A DNA stretch of 64,000 nucleotides from Candidatus Latescibacterota bacterium. Its GTDB lineage: Bacteria; Latescibacterota; UBA2968; UBA8231. The notes below the pieces were generated by a model. The model was not told where the DNA came from, did no database searches, and saw only the letters and a list, made by a program, of their open reading frames with translations. Of this stretch, positions 29,563 through 38,541 are shown piece by piece (position 1 is the first letter of the stretch; the number at the start of each line of letters is the position of its first letter). A program made the position numbers and the translations under genes. The stretch covers positions 64,001 to 128,000 of the forward strand of contig CBDAOB010000005.1 in the NCBI GenBank assembly GCA_965197905.1. Direction: 5' to 3'.

Positions 29563-30750
29563 GTGAAGATTACCGATCTCAAATGTGCCATCATTGGCAG
29601 CAATCCCGTCGTTCGCATCACCACCGATGAAGGTATCGACGGGTTTGGGCAGGCGGAACACGCCAAACGCTACTTGAAACCCCACGTCCTGTTCTACCGC
29701 GATATGATCCTCGGCAAGGATCCCACCGATGTGGAGCGGGTTATGACCACGATCCGTCGGCTCGGTGCATTCAAGCCGTGGGGCAGCGCCGTGAGTGCCA
29801 TCGAATTCGCGCTCTGGGACATCGCCGGCAAGGCGGCGGGCGTGCCGGTACACAAGCTGCTCGGCGGCAAGGTGCGGGACAGGGTGCGGGTTTACAACGG
29901 CGCCGTCCGTTTCGAATTGGCAGGGCACCAGCCGGAGGACTACGCCGAAGACATGCGCAAGATGAAGGCGTTGCCGGAAGGGTTCAGCATCATCAAACAG
30001 GCAGTAGCCTTCCACGGTTCTATGGCGGCCTCGGTGCCGGAGTTTCACTACGGGCAGGTGCAGACCGATCACCGCCATCCCCATCGCGGGGTGCTGACCC
30101 CGAAGGGTTTCAATCATCTGATCGCCTGCATCGAAGCGATGAAAGAGGTGTGTGGGGATGAGGTGGGACTCGCCCTCGACGCGGGACCCGGGATGACTCC
30201 GGTCGACCTGTTGCGACTGGCGAAGGAGTGCGAGCGCTTCAACCTGATGTGGATCGAGGATGCGCTGACCGGCGACTATGTCCCGTACGTGAACGCCGAT
30301 GTCTATCGCGATGTGACTATCGCCACCTCCACGCCGATCCACACCGGCGAGCAGATCTACTTGAGGGAGAACTTCAAGGAGCTGATCGAGCGGCAGGCGG
30401 TGAATGTCCTCGGACCTGACCCGTGCGATATAGGCGGTATCGCCGAACTGAAACGGGTCGCCGAATACGCCGACTTGCACGGGATCCTGATGGCACCCCA
30501 CGGCACCGGTGATGGTCTCATCGGTCTCGCCGCGCTGGTGCACATGTCCGCGGCGCTGCCGCCTAACTACATCGCCTTCGAGTACCCCACCGGGAATCCG
30601 GAGTGGTGGTACGACATCGTCGACGGCTTACCCGATCCGATTGTCGCCGACAGCTTCATCGACGTCTGGGACGCGCCCGGGCTCGGTGTCACCTTCAACG
30701 AGAAGGCACGAGAGTACCTCAAAGAGGAAGACCGGGATTTCTTCGACTGA
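29563..30750 (+). CDS. Mandelate racemase/muconate-lactonizing enzyme family (enolase superfamily)
   Basis: KITDLK, SAIEFALWDIAGK, LLGGKVRD, WIED, TGEQ, GGIAELKR. Confidence 0.92.
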   Translation: MKITDLKCAIIGSNPVVRITTDEGIDGFGQAEHAKRYLKPHVLFYRDMILGKDPTDVERVMTTIRRLGAFKPWGSAVSAIEFALWDIAGKAAGVPVHKLLGGKVRDRVRVYNGAVRFELAGHQPEDYAEDMRKMKALPEGFSIIKQAVAFHGSMAASVPEFHYGQVQTDHRHPHRGVLTPKGFNHLIACIEAMKEVCGDEVGLALDAGPGMTPVDLLRLAKECERFNLMWIEDALTGDYVPYVNADVYRDVTIATSTPIHTGEQIYLRENFKELIERQAVNVLGPDPCDIGGIAELKRVAEYADLHGILMAPHGTGDGLIGLAALVHMSAALPPNYIAFEYPTGNPEWWYDIVDGLPDPIVADSFIDVWDAPGLGVTFNEKAREYLKEEDRDFFD

Positions 30751-30787
30751 GATATAATCCCCATCCTACTTTTTTGCTGCCGCCGAA

Positions 30788-32956
30788 TCACTCCAGGTCA
30801 ACCAGCACCACCTCGTGCAACTCGACCCTGGGCACCACGATCACCTGCGGTGCTCCCGCGATCTCCAGAGTTGAATCCTGGAGGGGAAGTGTGGCCGCCT
30901 TGGCGTTGAAGCCGTTGAGGACAATCCGGATGTCGTGGACCGGGACGATCTCCTGAGTGAAGAAATAACGGTAGATATCCTCGCCGTCTATCTGCGGCGG
31001 ATACGGCGGCGACGGGTTGTTGAGCAGATGGATCATCAGCTCGCCGGAAGGACGCATGGCGGCAGTAACCTCGATCGCCTGGGGTGCGTCCACCTGGATC
31101 GGCGACGGTGTCCGTCCCACCAGGTTGGCGAGCAGATGCATCAAAGGCGGGTAAGGAACCTCGACGTAGGCGCGTCCGATGTCGCCGCTGAGGTAATACG
31201 CCGTACCCTTGCCGAACCGGTTGACGGTCACGGTGGGCTCGCCGGTGTCGTACTCCATATTCGGATTGAACTCGGGCAGCGTGTCTCCCTGCAGGCTGCT
31301 GCGGGTGCACAGGACCTCGATGTCGGCGTCAGGTCTGATTGCGACGGTAGACTCGATGCCGTAAAACGGTAGCAGCTGATACCCCGTCTCCGCGGCCAGC
31401 TCGCCCTGGGGCACGTAGACGACGCCGTCTCCGGGTCCCGTCTGGTGCGGCCCGGTGTGGTCGAGACCGAGAACCTCTGCCAGCGCGAAGTTGCCCCGGC
31501 GCTGACCCAGCTCATCCATGGTGGAGGTCTGATGGGTCGCGATGAGGGTGCCACCCTGTTCCACGTAGCGGCGGATGTTGTCCACCTGCGCATCGGACAG
31601 GCAGGCGCTGTTGGAGAGCACCAGGAGGGGGTAATCGAACAGGGTGTCGTCCCCCAGCTGCTTGTCGTGCAGGAAATCCAGCAGGATGTGGGAGCGGCCC
31701 AGCATGTCGTAGAGGCCGTAGATATCCTTTAGGGTGTACCCTCCCTCCTTGCCGATGTTCTTGTAGAGCTCTGCGGAACGAAAGTCGCGGTTTAGGGTAG
31801 AATAGTGGACGGCGGCGTATTTAACCGTATCGCCGGCGACGTACTCTCGTCGCTTCTTGGCTTCGGCGAAGCCGAAACGGATCATATCGTCCTGGAGATA
31901 GGGCGAGGTGTAGTTGGAGAAGGCGCTGCCCCCGTTGGCGATGGCGCCCAGTATATGCTGGGTGAAGATCCAGCGCTCCGGGTAAACCGTCAGGCCGGAC
32001 GCGACGCCGGGCATGCTTTGCTGTCCATGGCGCAGCAAAGAGTGAAAGGTTCCCTTGCCCCGGTTGATCTTGGAAACGTACCCGGTGTCGCGGCTCGAGC
32101 GGCTCATCTCGGTAAAGGCATACGCCGGAATATCCTCGAAGCCGAACATGTCGATCGGATGGCCCCGCACCCATGAGGTGTCCGGCCGGGTATAGTAGTT
32201 GAACTCCAAGATGCAATCGGGATGGGCTTCGCGAATGCGACCGAGGATATACTTCACCGCTTCTTTGGTCTTCTCGTACCGCCACCTGATCCAGCGGCGG
32301 AAATCGAGCGAGCCGAAGTCCACCTCCCGCGGCATCTGCAATCCGGTTTCGTCACGCAGGAGCTTGGTGCAGACCTCGCAGCAACACCCGGGGTACTCCC
32401 GCCCTCCCTGGTGGGAGCCAATGTTGGTGTCATCGAAGTAGAAGCCGTCCAGGTCCAGGTTGTCGAGCCATTCGATCAAATAGTCGGAAACCCAGTCCCT
32501 AAAAGGAGAGTTGAGGCAGAACCAGCCCTGGTTCTCGATGAACGACCGGTCGTCGAAGAGGAAGTGCATCAGCCACTCGGGATGCAAAGGCACTAAGGGT
32601 TTGCAGAAGATGAGCGGGTAGTAGGAGATGACGATGATCCCTTTTTCGTGCAGCGCCTTGATGTAACTGGGCATCCGGTCCTCGTCCACATCGTCGCGGT
32701 ACGGTAAGATCTTGGAGCGGTAGCGCGGAGTGCCGCGATCGATTTCTCCGTTCAGAACCGTCGCCTCCAGGCCCACGTCCGCGGCCCATTCGGCGAACTC
32801 GGCTACGGACAGTCCGGTGTACTCTTTGTCCGGCCGCGAGACCGCCGGGTAGGCTTCCGTCTTGCACACCCGCTTCTCGTACGGCAGCTGGCGCAGCCGT
32901 TCTGCTGTCGATCCGACTCTTTCCAGTACGACTCCTGGATTTGGCATGGCGATCAT
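30788..32956 (-). CDS. Putative glycoside hydrolase (GH42/GHL6-like TIM barrel + beta-galactosidase trimerisation domain)
   Basis: CLNSPFRD, LDGFYFDD, CCCEVC, LVLSNSACLSD..YVEQGGTLIAT, NRFGKG. Confidence 0.7.
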   Translation of the reverse strand: MIAMPNPGVVLERVGSTAERLRQLPYEKRVCKTEAYPAVSRPDKEYTGLSVAEFAEWAADVGLEATVLNGEIDRGTPRYRSKILPYRDDVDEDRMPSYIKALHEKGIIVISYYPLIFCKPLVPLHPEWLMHFLFDDRSFIENQGWFCLNSPFRDWVSDYLIEWLDNLDLDGFYFDDTNIGSHQGGREYPGCCCEVCTKLLRDETGLQMPREVDFGSLDFRRWIRWRYEKTKEAVKYILGRIREAHPDCILEFNYYTRPDTSWVRGHPIDMFGFEDIPAYAFTEMSRSSRDTGYVSKINRGKGTFHSLLRHGQQSMPGVASGLTVYPERWIFTQHILGAIANGGSAFSNYTSPYLQDDMIRFGFAEAKKRREYVAGDTVKYAAVHYSTLNRDFRSAELYKNIGKEGGYTLKDIYGLYDMLGRSHILLDFLHDKQLGDDTLFDYPLLVLSNSACLSDAQVDNIRRYVEQGGTLIATHQTSTMDELGQRRGNFALAEVLGLDHTGPHQTGPGDGVVYVPQGELAAETGYQLLPFYGIESTVAIRPDADIEVLCTRSSLQGDTLPEFNPNMEYDTGEPTVTVNRFGKGTAYYLSGDIGRAYVEVPYPPLMHLLANLVGRTPSPIQVDAPQAIEVTAAMRPSGELMIHLLNNPSPPYPPQIDGEDIYRYFFTQEIVPVHDIRIVLNGFNAKAATLPLQDSTLEIAGAPQVIVVPRVELHEVVLVDLE

Positions 32957-32979
32957 CTCCTCTTGGTTCTACAAGACCA

Positions 32980-34479
32980 TCAAATCGCTGAGTGCAGCTT
33001 CCTCAGCGTCGGGTATAATTGCCTATACACGTCGAGTTGATCCCGGTAATGGGCGCTGCGTTTCTCGTCCGGCTCATAGCGCGCGCTGATCGAAACGGTA
33101 CGCGCTACCGCCTCCTCCAGCGAGGCGTAAATCCCGATTCCCCAGCCGGCGAGCAGCGCGGCGCCGAGGCTGGCGGCATCGCTGACACCGATGGCACTGA
33201 TCGGCGTTCCCACAATGTCCGCTTTCATCTGCAGCCATTTCGCTGATCGTGCGCCGCCACCGATCGCTCGCAGATCGTCGACCTCGATGCCAGCCGTCCG
33301 TAGCTGCTGGATGCTGAGCGCCTGCTCAAAGGTAATGCCCTCGAGCAGCGCTTTCACCAGATCTTGCCGGCGGGTGTCGAAGGTCAAGCCGAGGATTGCC
33401 CCCCTGGAGTTGGGATCGTTCTGCAGCGAGCCGCTCCCGGCAAAGTGGGGCAATATCATCAGTCCGCTCGGTTCGTCCCCGGCCTGATCGACGATAACGT
33501 CGTACACATCCCTTTGCTCGCGCTGGGCCACGGCCCGTTCCGCGGCACCCAGTTGATCGCGATACCAGCGCAGGAGCCGGCCGCCGGTCTGGTTGCCGGT
33601 CAGCGCGGCAAACATCTCGGGGACGACGTGGGGATAGCAGGGGACGTTGTCTTGCTCCAGCCGAGAGGTCGGTTCTTTGACCACCGCAGCGATCGATTCG
33701 GTGGTGCCGATGGCATACATCGCCTCACCGCGACCGAGCACCCCTGCACCCAGGGCCCCACACGGCTGATCGTGGCCGCCCACGACCACCTGTACTCCAG
33801 GCGGCAAACCTAGATCGAGGGCTATGGCGCGCGAGATCTCCCCGACCACGTAACCGCTGGGTCGCGCCATCGGCAGCTTTTCGCCGTCGACGCCGGCGGC
33901 GCCCAACAGCTCCTCCGACCAGCTCAACGAGCGGATATCGAAACCGAGCATGCGCGCCGCCATCGAATAATCGATGACCGGCTCCAACCCCAGGCGCTGC
34001 AAGGCGAAATCGCCGTAGCAGAGGAACTTCCAGGAGTCTCGGTAGAGTGCGGGTTCGTGCTCCTTCCACCAGGCGATCTTGGGGACGGAGAACTGACCGT
34101 GGACCGGTTGTCCGCTGATAGCGTAGATCTTCTCCGCGCCCAGACGCTCGCGCAGCCGGTCTGCCTGCTCGAGGGCGCGGTTGTCGGCGGTCACCGGACT
34201 GTTAGCCAGTACCTCCGACGTTTTGCTCACCGGAATGACGGCTTCCCCCTGAGCCGAAATCGCCAGGGCTTTTGCCGGATTGGCGGGGATGTTCGTGTTG
34301 ACTTCGCGGATACAATCGCACAGATGCGACCAGACCGCGTTCGGATCCAGCTCGAAGAACCCCGGCCGTGGATTCAGCAGTGGGTATTCGCGATAGGCAG
34401 TGACAAGAGGTTTGCCATCCGTGTCGAAGGCGATCGCCTTACACCCAGTGGTGCCGATATCCAGTCCCAGGAGGCTCAT
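32980..34479 (-). CDS. FGGY-family carbohydrate kinase (xylulokinase-like)
   Basis: LGLDIGTTGCK, GGHDQPCGALG, GGGARS..QMKAD. Confidence 0.93.
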   Translation of the reverse strand: MSLLGLDIGTTGCKAIAFDTDGKPLVTAYREYPLLNPRPGFFELDPNAVWSHLCDCIREVNTNIPANPAKALAISAQGEAVIPVSKTSEVLANSPVTADNRALEQADRLRERLGAEKIYAISGQPVHGQFSVPKIAWWKEHEPALYRDSWKFLCYGDFALQRLGLEPVIDYSMAARMLGFDIRSLSWSEELLGAAGVDGEKLPMARPSGYVVGEISRAIALDLGLPPGVQVVVGGHDQPCGALGAGVLGRGEAMYAIGTTESIAAVVKEPTSRLEQDNVPCYPHVVPEMFAALTGNQTGGRLLRWYRDQLGAAERAVAQREQRDVYDVIVDQAGDEPSGLMILPHFAGSGSLQNDPNSRGAILGLTFDTRRQDLVKALLEGITFEQALSIQQLRTAGIEVDDLRAIGGGARSAKWLQMKADIVGTPISAIGVSDAASLGAALLAGWGIGIYASLEEAVARTVSISARYEPDEKRSAHYRDQLDVYRQLYPTLRKLHSAI

Positions 34480-34503
34480 GCGCGTCCCGCGATCAGATGC
34501 GCG

Positions 34504-35142
34504 CTAGCCGACCAACATGCCGTGGAATTCTTCCGGAATCGTATGAGGTTTCCCATGCTGTAAGGCCAGGTGATAGACCTGCGCGGCCATCTCTACCACA
34601 ACGGTGCAGTGCATCGCTTCTGCCATGGAGTTTCCCACGGTCAGCATTCCATGATTCGCCCACACCACGGCATTCCTTCCCTCCATAACCTTGAGCATCT
34701 CGTAGCCAAACTCTCGTGATCCGCTGGGCAAATACGGCATGATGGGGACCTCGCCGCCCACATCGAGCAGAGCGTTCTGAAGCACCGGGGCTATCGGCAT
34801 ATGCAATACGCCAAAAACGTTGGCGTAGATCGGCTCAACGTGCACGATTGCCTGGACCTCCGGTCGTTTTTCGTAGACCGCGAGGTGTACCTGCGTTTCG
34901 TAGGAGGTTTTGCGTTTACCGTCGACTACACTTCCTTCCAGGTCCGTAGTCACCAGGTCTTCGATCGCTATCTGCTCGTAGGAGTAGTCGTGGGGCGTCA
35001 CCAGGATGTGACCGCTCTCCGGATCTCGGATGCTGAGATTCCCGTGTGTGAGCGGCACGAGGCCAAGTTTGGAAACCTGGACACCCGCCTCGATGAGTTC
35101 CCGCCCCAGTTGCATGAGTTTCTCGTTCGACATTTTGGTCAC
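34504..35142 (-). CDS. Class II aldolase/adducin family (L-fuculose-phosphate aldolase-like)
   Basis: GNLSIR, SYETQVH, AIVH, ANHGML; RBS GGAG before GTG 35142. Confidence 0.9.
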   Translation of the reverse strand: MTKMSNEKLMQLGRELIEAGVQVSKLGLVPLTHGNLSIRDPESGHILVTPHDYSYEQIAIEDLVTTDLEGSVVDGKRKTSYETQVHLAVYEKRPEVQAIVHVEPIYANVFGVLHMPIAPVLQNALLDVGGEVPIMPYLPSGSREFGYEMLKVMEGRNAVVWANHGMLTVGNSMAEAMHCTVVVEMAAQVYHLALQHGKPHTIPEEFHGMLVG

Positions 35143-35293
35143 GGTTGCTCCTTCGGAGTGTTGTTCGAGATGCAGCACACGAATCGGAATGCGCGTATAA
35201 TAAGGACGGAGGGGGGCTGTATCAACGAAGGCGTCGGTCTCGGCGAGAGGTCATTACGAAAGCCTGCCGAGCCATTGCCATCACACAAGAAAA

Positions 35294-36598
35294 CTACGAG
35301 TCGCGCAGTGCTGTAAGCAGCTCCACGGAAGACTCGGTCATGCGCCGCCCGCTCTCCTTCGAGAGGCGGCAGGTGTGGACCGTCCTTTGGACCTCATACC
35401 CCCCCTGATCGAAGGCGCTTTCCGGACCCACATACCCGCAATATCCGTTGGTCAGCTCCGATACCAGCGTGACCGCGAAGGGCGAGCGTTCCTTGATCTC
35501 GATGCCGAATTCGACGAAGAGCTCCGCGGGATTGGTTACGATAGCAACATCCCCAAAGGAGATTCCCGTCAGCTCGATGGCGCAGGTCGTATCGCCACTG
35601 GCGATTATCGCAGCCTCTTCCGGATCGTATCGCTGCCGCTGCTGTGTCCTCATCTCTGCAGACGAGCTGCGGCAGTCATCTCTGCAAAAGGTGGAATCTG
35701 CCCAGGGCCGGTCGGGGTAGTTCTGCAAGGTGGATCGAATCACCACCCTGTCGACCGGTGAGGGCTGAGCTGCCCCAAAGGCGGCATGAATCCTCGTGGC
35801 CGTCGCTTCACCAATCAGCCGGGCGAGCTCATCGCCACGGTCGGGTCCACCGGGGGGGCCTTGCCAGATGGTGTCGGCGCAGGGAGCTTCCAAAAACGGC
35901 GTGACCAGATCTTCACCGTAGAGCTCGCGAAGGGCGTCGCCGATTCGACCACCGATGTCGGCGTGATAGATCCCACTGACGCAGTTGTTGTGACAGGCGT
36001 AGTTGACGACAACGGCGAAGGGTGTGCCATCGGTACTGGTGAAGGCCAAGAGCTGCATCTGCTCGTCGATCGGACCGGTGGCTGGATAACGGTCATCCGC
36101 ATTGTCGGCCCCCAACATTACCACAAGCCCGCTGGGCTGCAGCAGTCGCCGGTTTCGCTCATAACCGGGTGTAGGGCAGGTTGCCGGCCGTATCAACGCC
36201 GGCCGCATATGGTCGTTTGCCGCGTTTACAGCTGCGGCCGCCTGGTCAATCAAGACATCCACGAATGCACGATCAGGAAGGGCGCCGCTCAGAAAGGAAG
36301 GGCAAGATGCCGGTGCCGCGTGAGTGTGAGTGGCGCCAACCAGGATGTTGGAGCCGGGGACACCGGTTGTCTGCTCGCACTTGTCTCGGATGGCCAAGAG
36401 CAGTGTTCGGTCTGCGAAGGTCACATCTATGGAGACGACGGCGCCCGCCGTTTCTCCATCGTCGAATACGACGGCGTGACAACAGAGCGGGCTGGCACTA
36501 GCGTCAGGTTGGCAGAGACTGTCGTTGTAGTTGGGGAGGGGATGTTCGGGTGTTATGTCAGTCGTTGCGGCGCCGGCACGGAACTTTGCAGCAGGCAT
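35294..36598 (-). CDS. Neutral/alkaline ceramidase-like hypothetical hydrolase
   Basis: AGAATTDITP, ATHTHAAP, NYACH, PAELFVEFG, NGYCGYV, GGYE. Confidence 0.75.
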   Translation of the reverse strand: MPAAKFRAGAATTDITPEHPLPNYNDSLCQPDASASPLCCHAVVFDDGETAGAVVSIDVTFADRTLLLAIRDKCEQTTGVPGSNILVGATHTHAAPASCPSFLSGALPDRAFVDVLIDQAAAAVNAANDHMRPALIRPATCPTPGYERNRRLLQPSGLVVMLGADNADDRYPATGPIDEQMQLLAFTSTDGTPFAVVVNYACHNNCVSGIYHADIGGRIGDALRELYGEDLVTPFLEAPCADTIWQGPPGGPDRGDELARLIGEATATRIHAAFGAAQPSPVDRVVIRSTLQNYPDRPWADSTFCRDDCRSSSAEMRTQQRQRYDPEEAAIIASGDTTCAIELTGISFGDVAIVTNPAELFVEFGIEIKERSPFAVTLVSELTNGYCGYVGPESAFDQGGYEVQRTVHTCRLSKESGRRMTESSVELLTALRDS

Positions 36599-36618
36599 GA
36601 AGTACGTGCTGTGGCGCG

Positions 36619-37533
36619 CTAACGCAGAAGGACCATCGAGCGCGTCGTGCGATGGCCTGGCGTGCTCAAATGATAGAAATAGACACCGGAAGAAACCGGG
36701 TGGCCTCCGTCGTCCCTTCCATCCCAGGTCAATTCGAACGTGCCGGGACCGAATCGACCTGCGGTGAGCAGGTGCACGGAGCGACCGGCGGCATCGAAGA
36801 TGGTTATGGTCAGATCCGTCTCCGCCCCAAGGCGGAAACCGATACTGGTTTCGGAGTTGAAGGGGTTGGGATAGCTGGCTAGCAGCGCGAAGTGTTCGGG
36901 AAGGGATTCCTGTTCGTCGATCGAGGTTGCGGAACCTTCACCAGTATTCTGCGACTCCGCGAGGGCTTTGAGGGACTCGTTGATGACTCGGCGTACGATG
37001 GGCCGACTGAACGTCTGATTGGTGATGTAACGCACTACTCCTTCATGGTCCAAGACCACATAACTGGTCTTACCCAGACCGTACTGGCGCCCGATTTTGC
37101 TGGCGCGCATGAGCAGGGGATACGTAGTCCCGGTCTGCTCGCCAAACTGGCGTTTGACTTGGGACGGGTCACCGTCCCACACGTCGAGACCTAGGGTGAT
37201 AAACGATTCGTTCTTGAATTCTTGATGTACCGCTTCAACGTCCGGCGCCGCCGCACGACAGTAAGGTCAGTTGTAGCCGAAGAAGTTCAGCAGGACCACC
37301 TTGCCTCTGAACGCCCTCAACGTTACGAGATCTCCGTTTGTTTGACGGAGTTCGAAATCGGGGGCGGGTTCCCCCACTTTCGCCGACCCAAGGACGTCGC
37401 CCGCAATGGTGAGGGCTGCAGTAAGCAGCACTGCGAAGTGTTTCCAGACAATGCGATCACAGATCAAGGAGAATACCCTTATACGCTGGAGGGTGGATCT
37501 TTTAAACATAGAAATGCAGAACAGAGATTCCAA
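36619..37533 (-). CDS. Probable selenoprotein: exported AhpC/TSA-TlpA redoxin domain with UxxC (TGA at 37267-37269) fused to a FlgD-Ig-type C-terminal domain
   Basis: VGEPAPDFEL..FRGKVVLLNFFGYN-TGA-PYC continues in frame without a stop into ORF 36619-37182 (YPLL..YVVLDHEG..SYPNPFN..WDGRDDGG..SGVYFY). Confidence 0.85.
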
Positions 37534-37571
37534 TATATATGGTTGCGTAAGATGGCGCAGCGGTGGTGTCC

Positions 37572-37973
37572 CTACGCGTCACCGACGACGTGGACGTGAA
37601 CCATGCGCGCCCGGGGACCGTCGAACTCGCACAAATAGATGCCCTGCCACCGACCCAGAACCAAAGTACCCTCCTCGACTATCACAGTTATACTGTGACC
37701 GATGATGCTGGTGCGTGCGTGGGCGGCGGAGTTGCCCTCGTTGTGCTGGTAGTAGGGTTGCACCCACGGCACCATCCGTTCCAAATCGGCCAGCATGTCG
37801 CGACGAACCGTCGGATCGGCATTCTCGTTGATCGTGATACCCGCCGTTGTGTGGGGGACATAGACGATGACATGGCCGCTCTCGACCTCGCTGCGGGCGA
37901 CCACTGCTTCGACCTCAGAAGTAATCTCGTGCAATTCCTGATGTGCGTGAGTCTGGATGCCAAGCGAGATCAT
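37572..37973 (-). CDS. yjbQ: YjbQ family (secondary thiamine-phosphate synthase)
   Basis: HTTAGITINENADP, HNEGNSAAH, LGRWQGIYLCEFDGPR. Confidence 0.93.
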   Translation of the reverse strand: MISLGIQTHAHQELHEITSEVEAVVARSEVESGHVIVYVPHTTAGITINENADPTVRRDMLADLERMVPWVQPYYQHNEGNSAAHARTSIIGHSITVIVEEGTLVLGRWQGIYLCEFDGPRARMVHVHVVGDA

Positions 37974-38140
37974 ATGGAATGCCTCCCCCGGAGTGTCGTG
38001 GTCCTACAGAAGGAAATTCATGGCGCGAGGGCGTCCGCGTGTGTAAATCGATGATGGGGGAATTGGGGATATTGGTCAAGTGGGATTTATGAACGCGCGT
38101 GATCATGAGGGCTCTGCCTGTTTAAGTCCCGCTGGACGCA

Positions 38141-38242
38141 GAGGATGAACCGCTTGATCCGGGACACGCAGGACTTTTCAGTTCAATGGAGTAGTGCCGC
38201 CGGCGGATCACCCTGCGAACCTGGTCGAGCAGGTTTCGGAGG
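38141..38242 (-). pseudogene. intI: Integron integrase N-terminal remnant with two frameshifts
   Basis: Minus-strand translation PPK/LLDQVRRVIRRRHYSI/(R)TEKSCVSRIKRFIL matches the IntI N-terminal consensus LLDQVR..IR.RHYS.RTE.AY..WIKRFI; catalytic domain absent. Confidence 0.8.
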
Positions 38243-38304
38243 ATGAGTCTCGACCGACTTCAGCCGGCCTCTTTCAAATTTCTTGATAGTCGATGACCTG
38301 TGAT

Positions 38305-38335
38305 GTACACTATCCATAATTGTCACCAGTTATGC
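38305..38335 (+). other. Candidate attI core site
   Basis: ACTATCCATAATTGTCACCA-GTTATGC upstream of and divergent from the intI remnant, where attI is expected. Confidence 0.4.
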
Positions 38336-38541
38336 ACAGCCTGATCACTTTAGTCGTCCATAACTTGTTTGTTTTCAGCCATTTACTTGACCTGGAAAGC
38401 CTGGTGGGGTCAAGCTCACCGAACAGCGGCCTGAAAGGCGTTGTGACGGCCTGCCCTATCGCAGAAGAAAAGGGGCGAGAAGCGGGTCAATTTCTCGCGT
38501 CCTATGCGTTTTGATCAGGTTCCCTGAGAATCCCAAGGAAT

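Noticed and set aside
28543..30543. 666-aa minus-strand ORF as one protein
   Set aside because: Only the last 289 aa (from 29412) are an MBL hydrolase; the rest is the antisense shadow of the enolase-superfamily gene
38320..38514. 64-aa ORF in the attI region
   Set aside because: TTG start without RBS and no recognisable motif; more likely promoter/attI DNA
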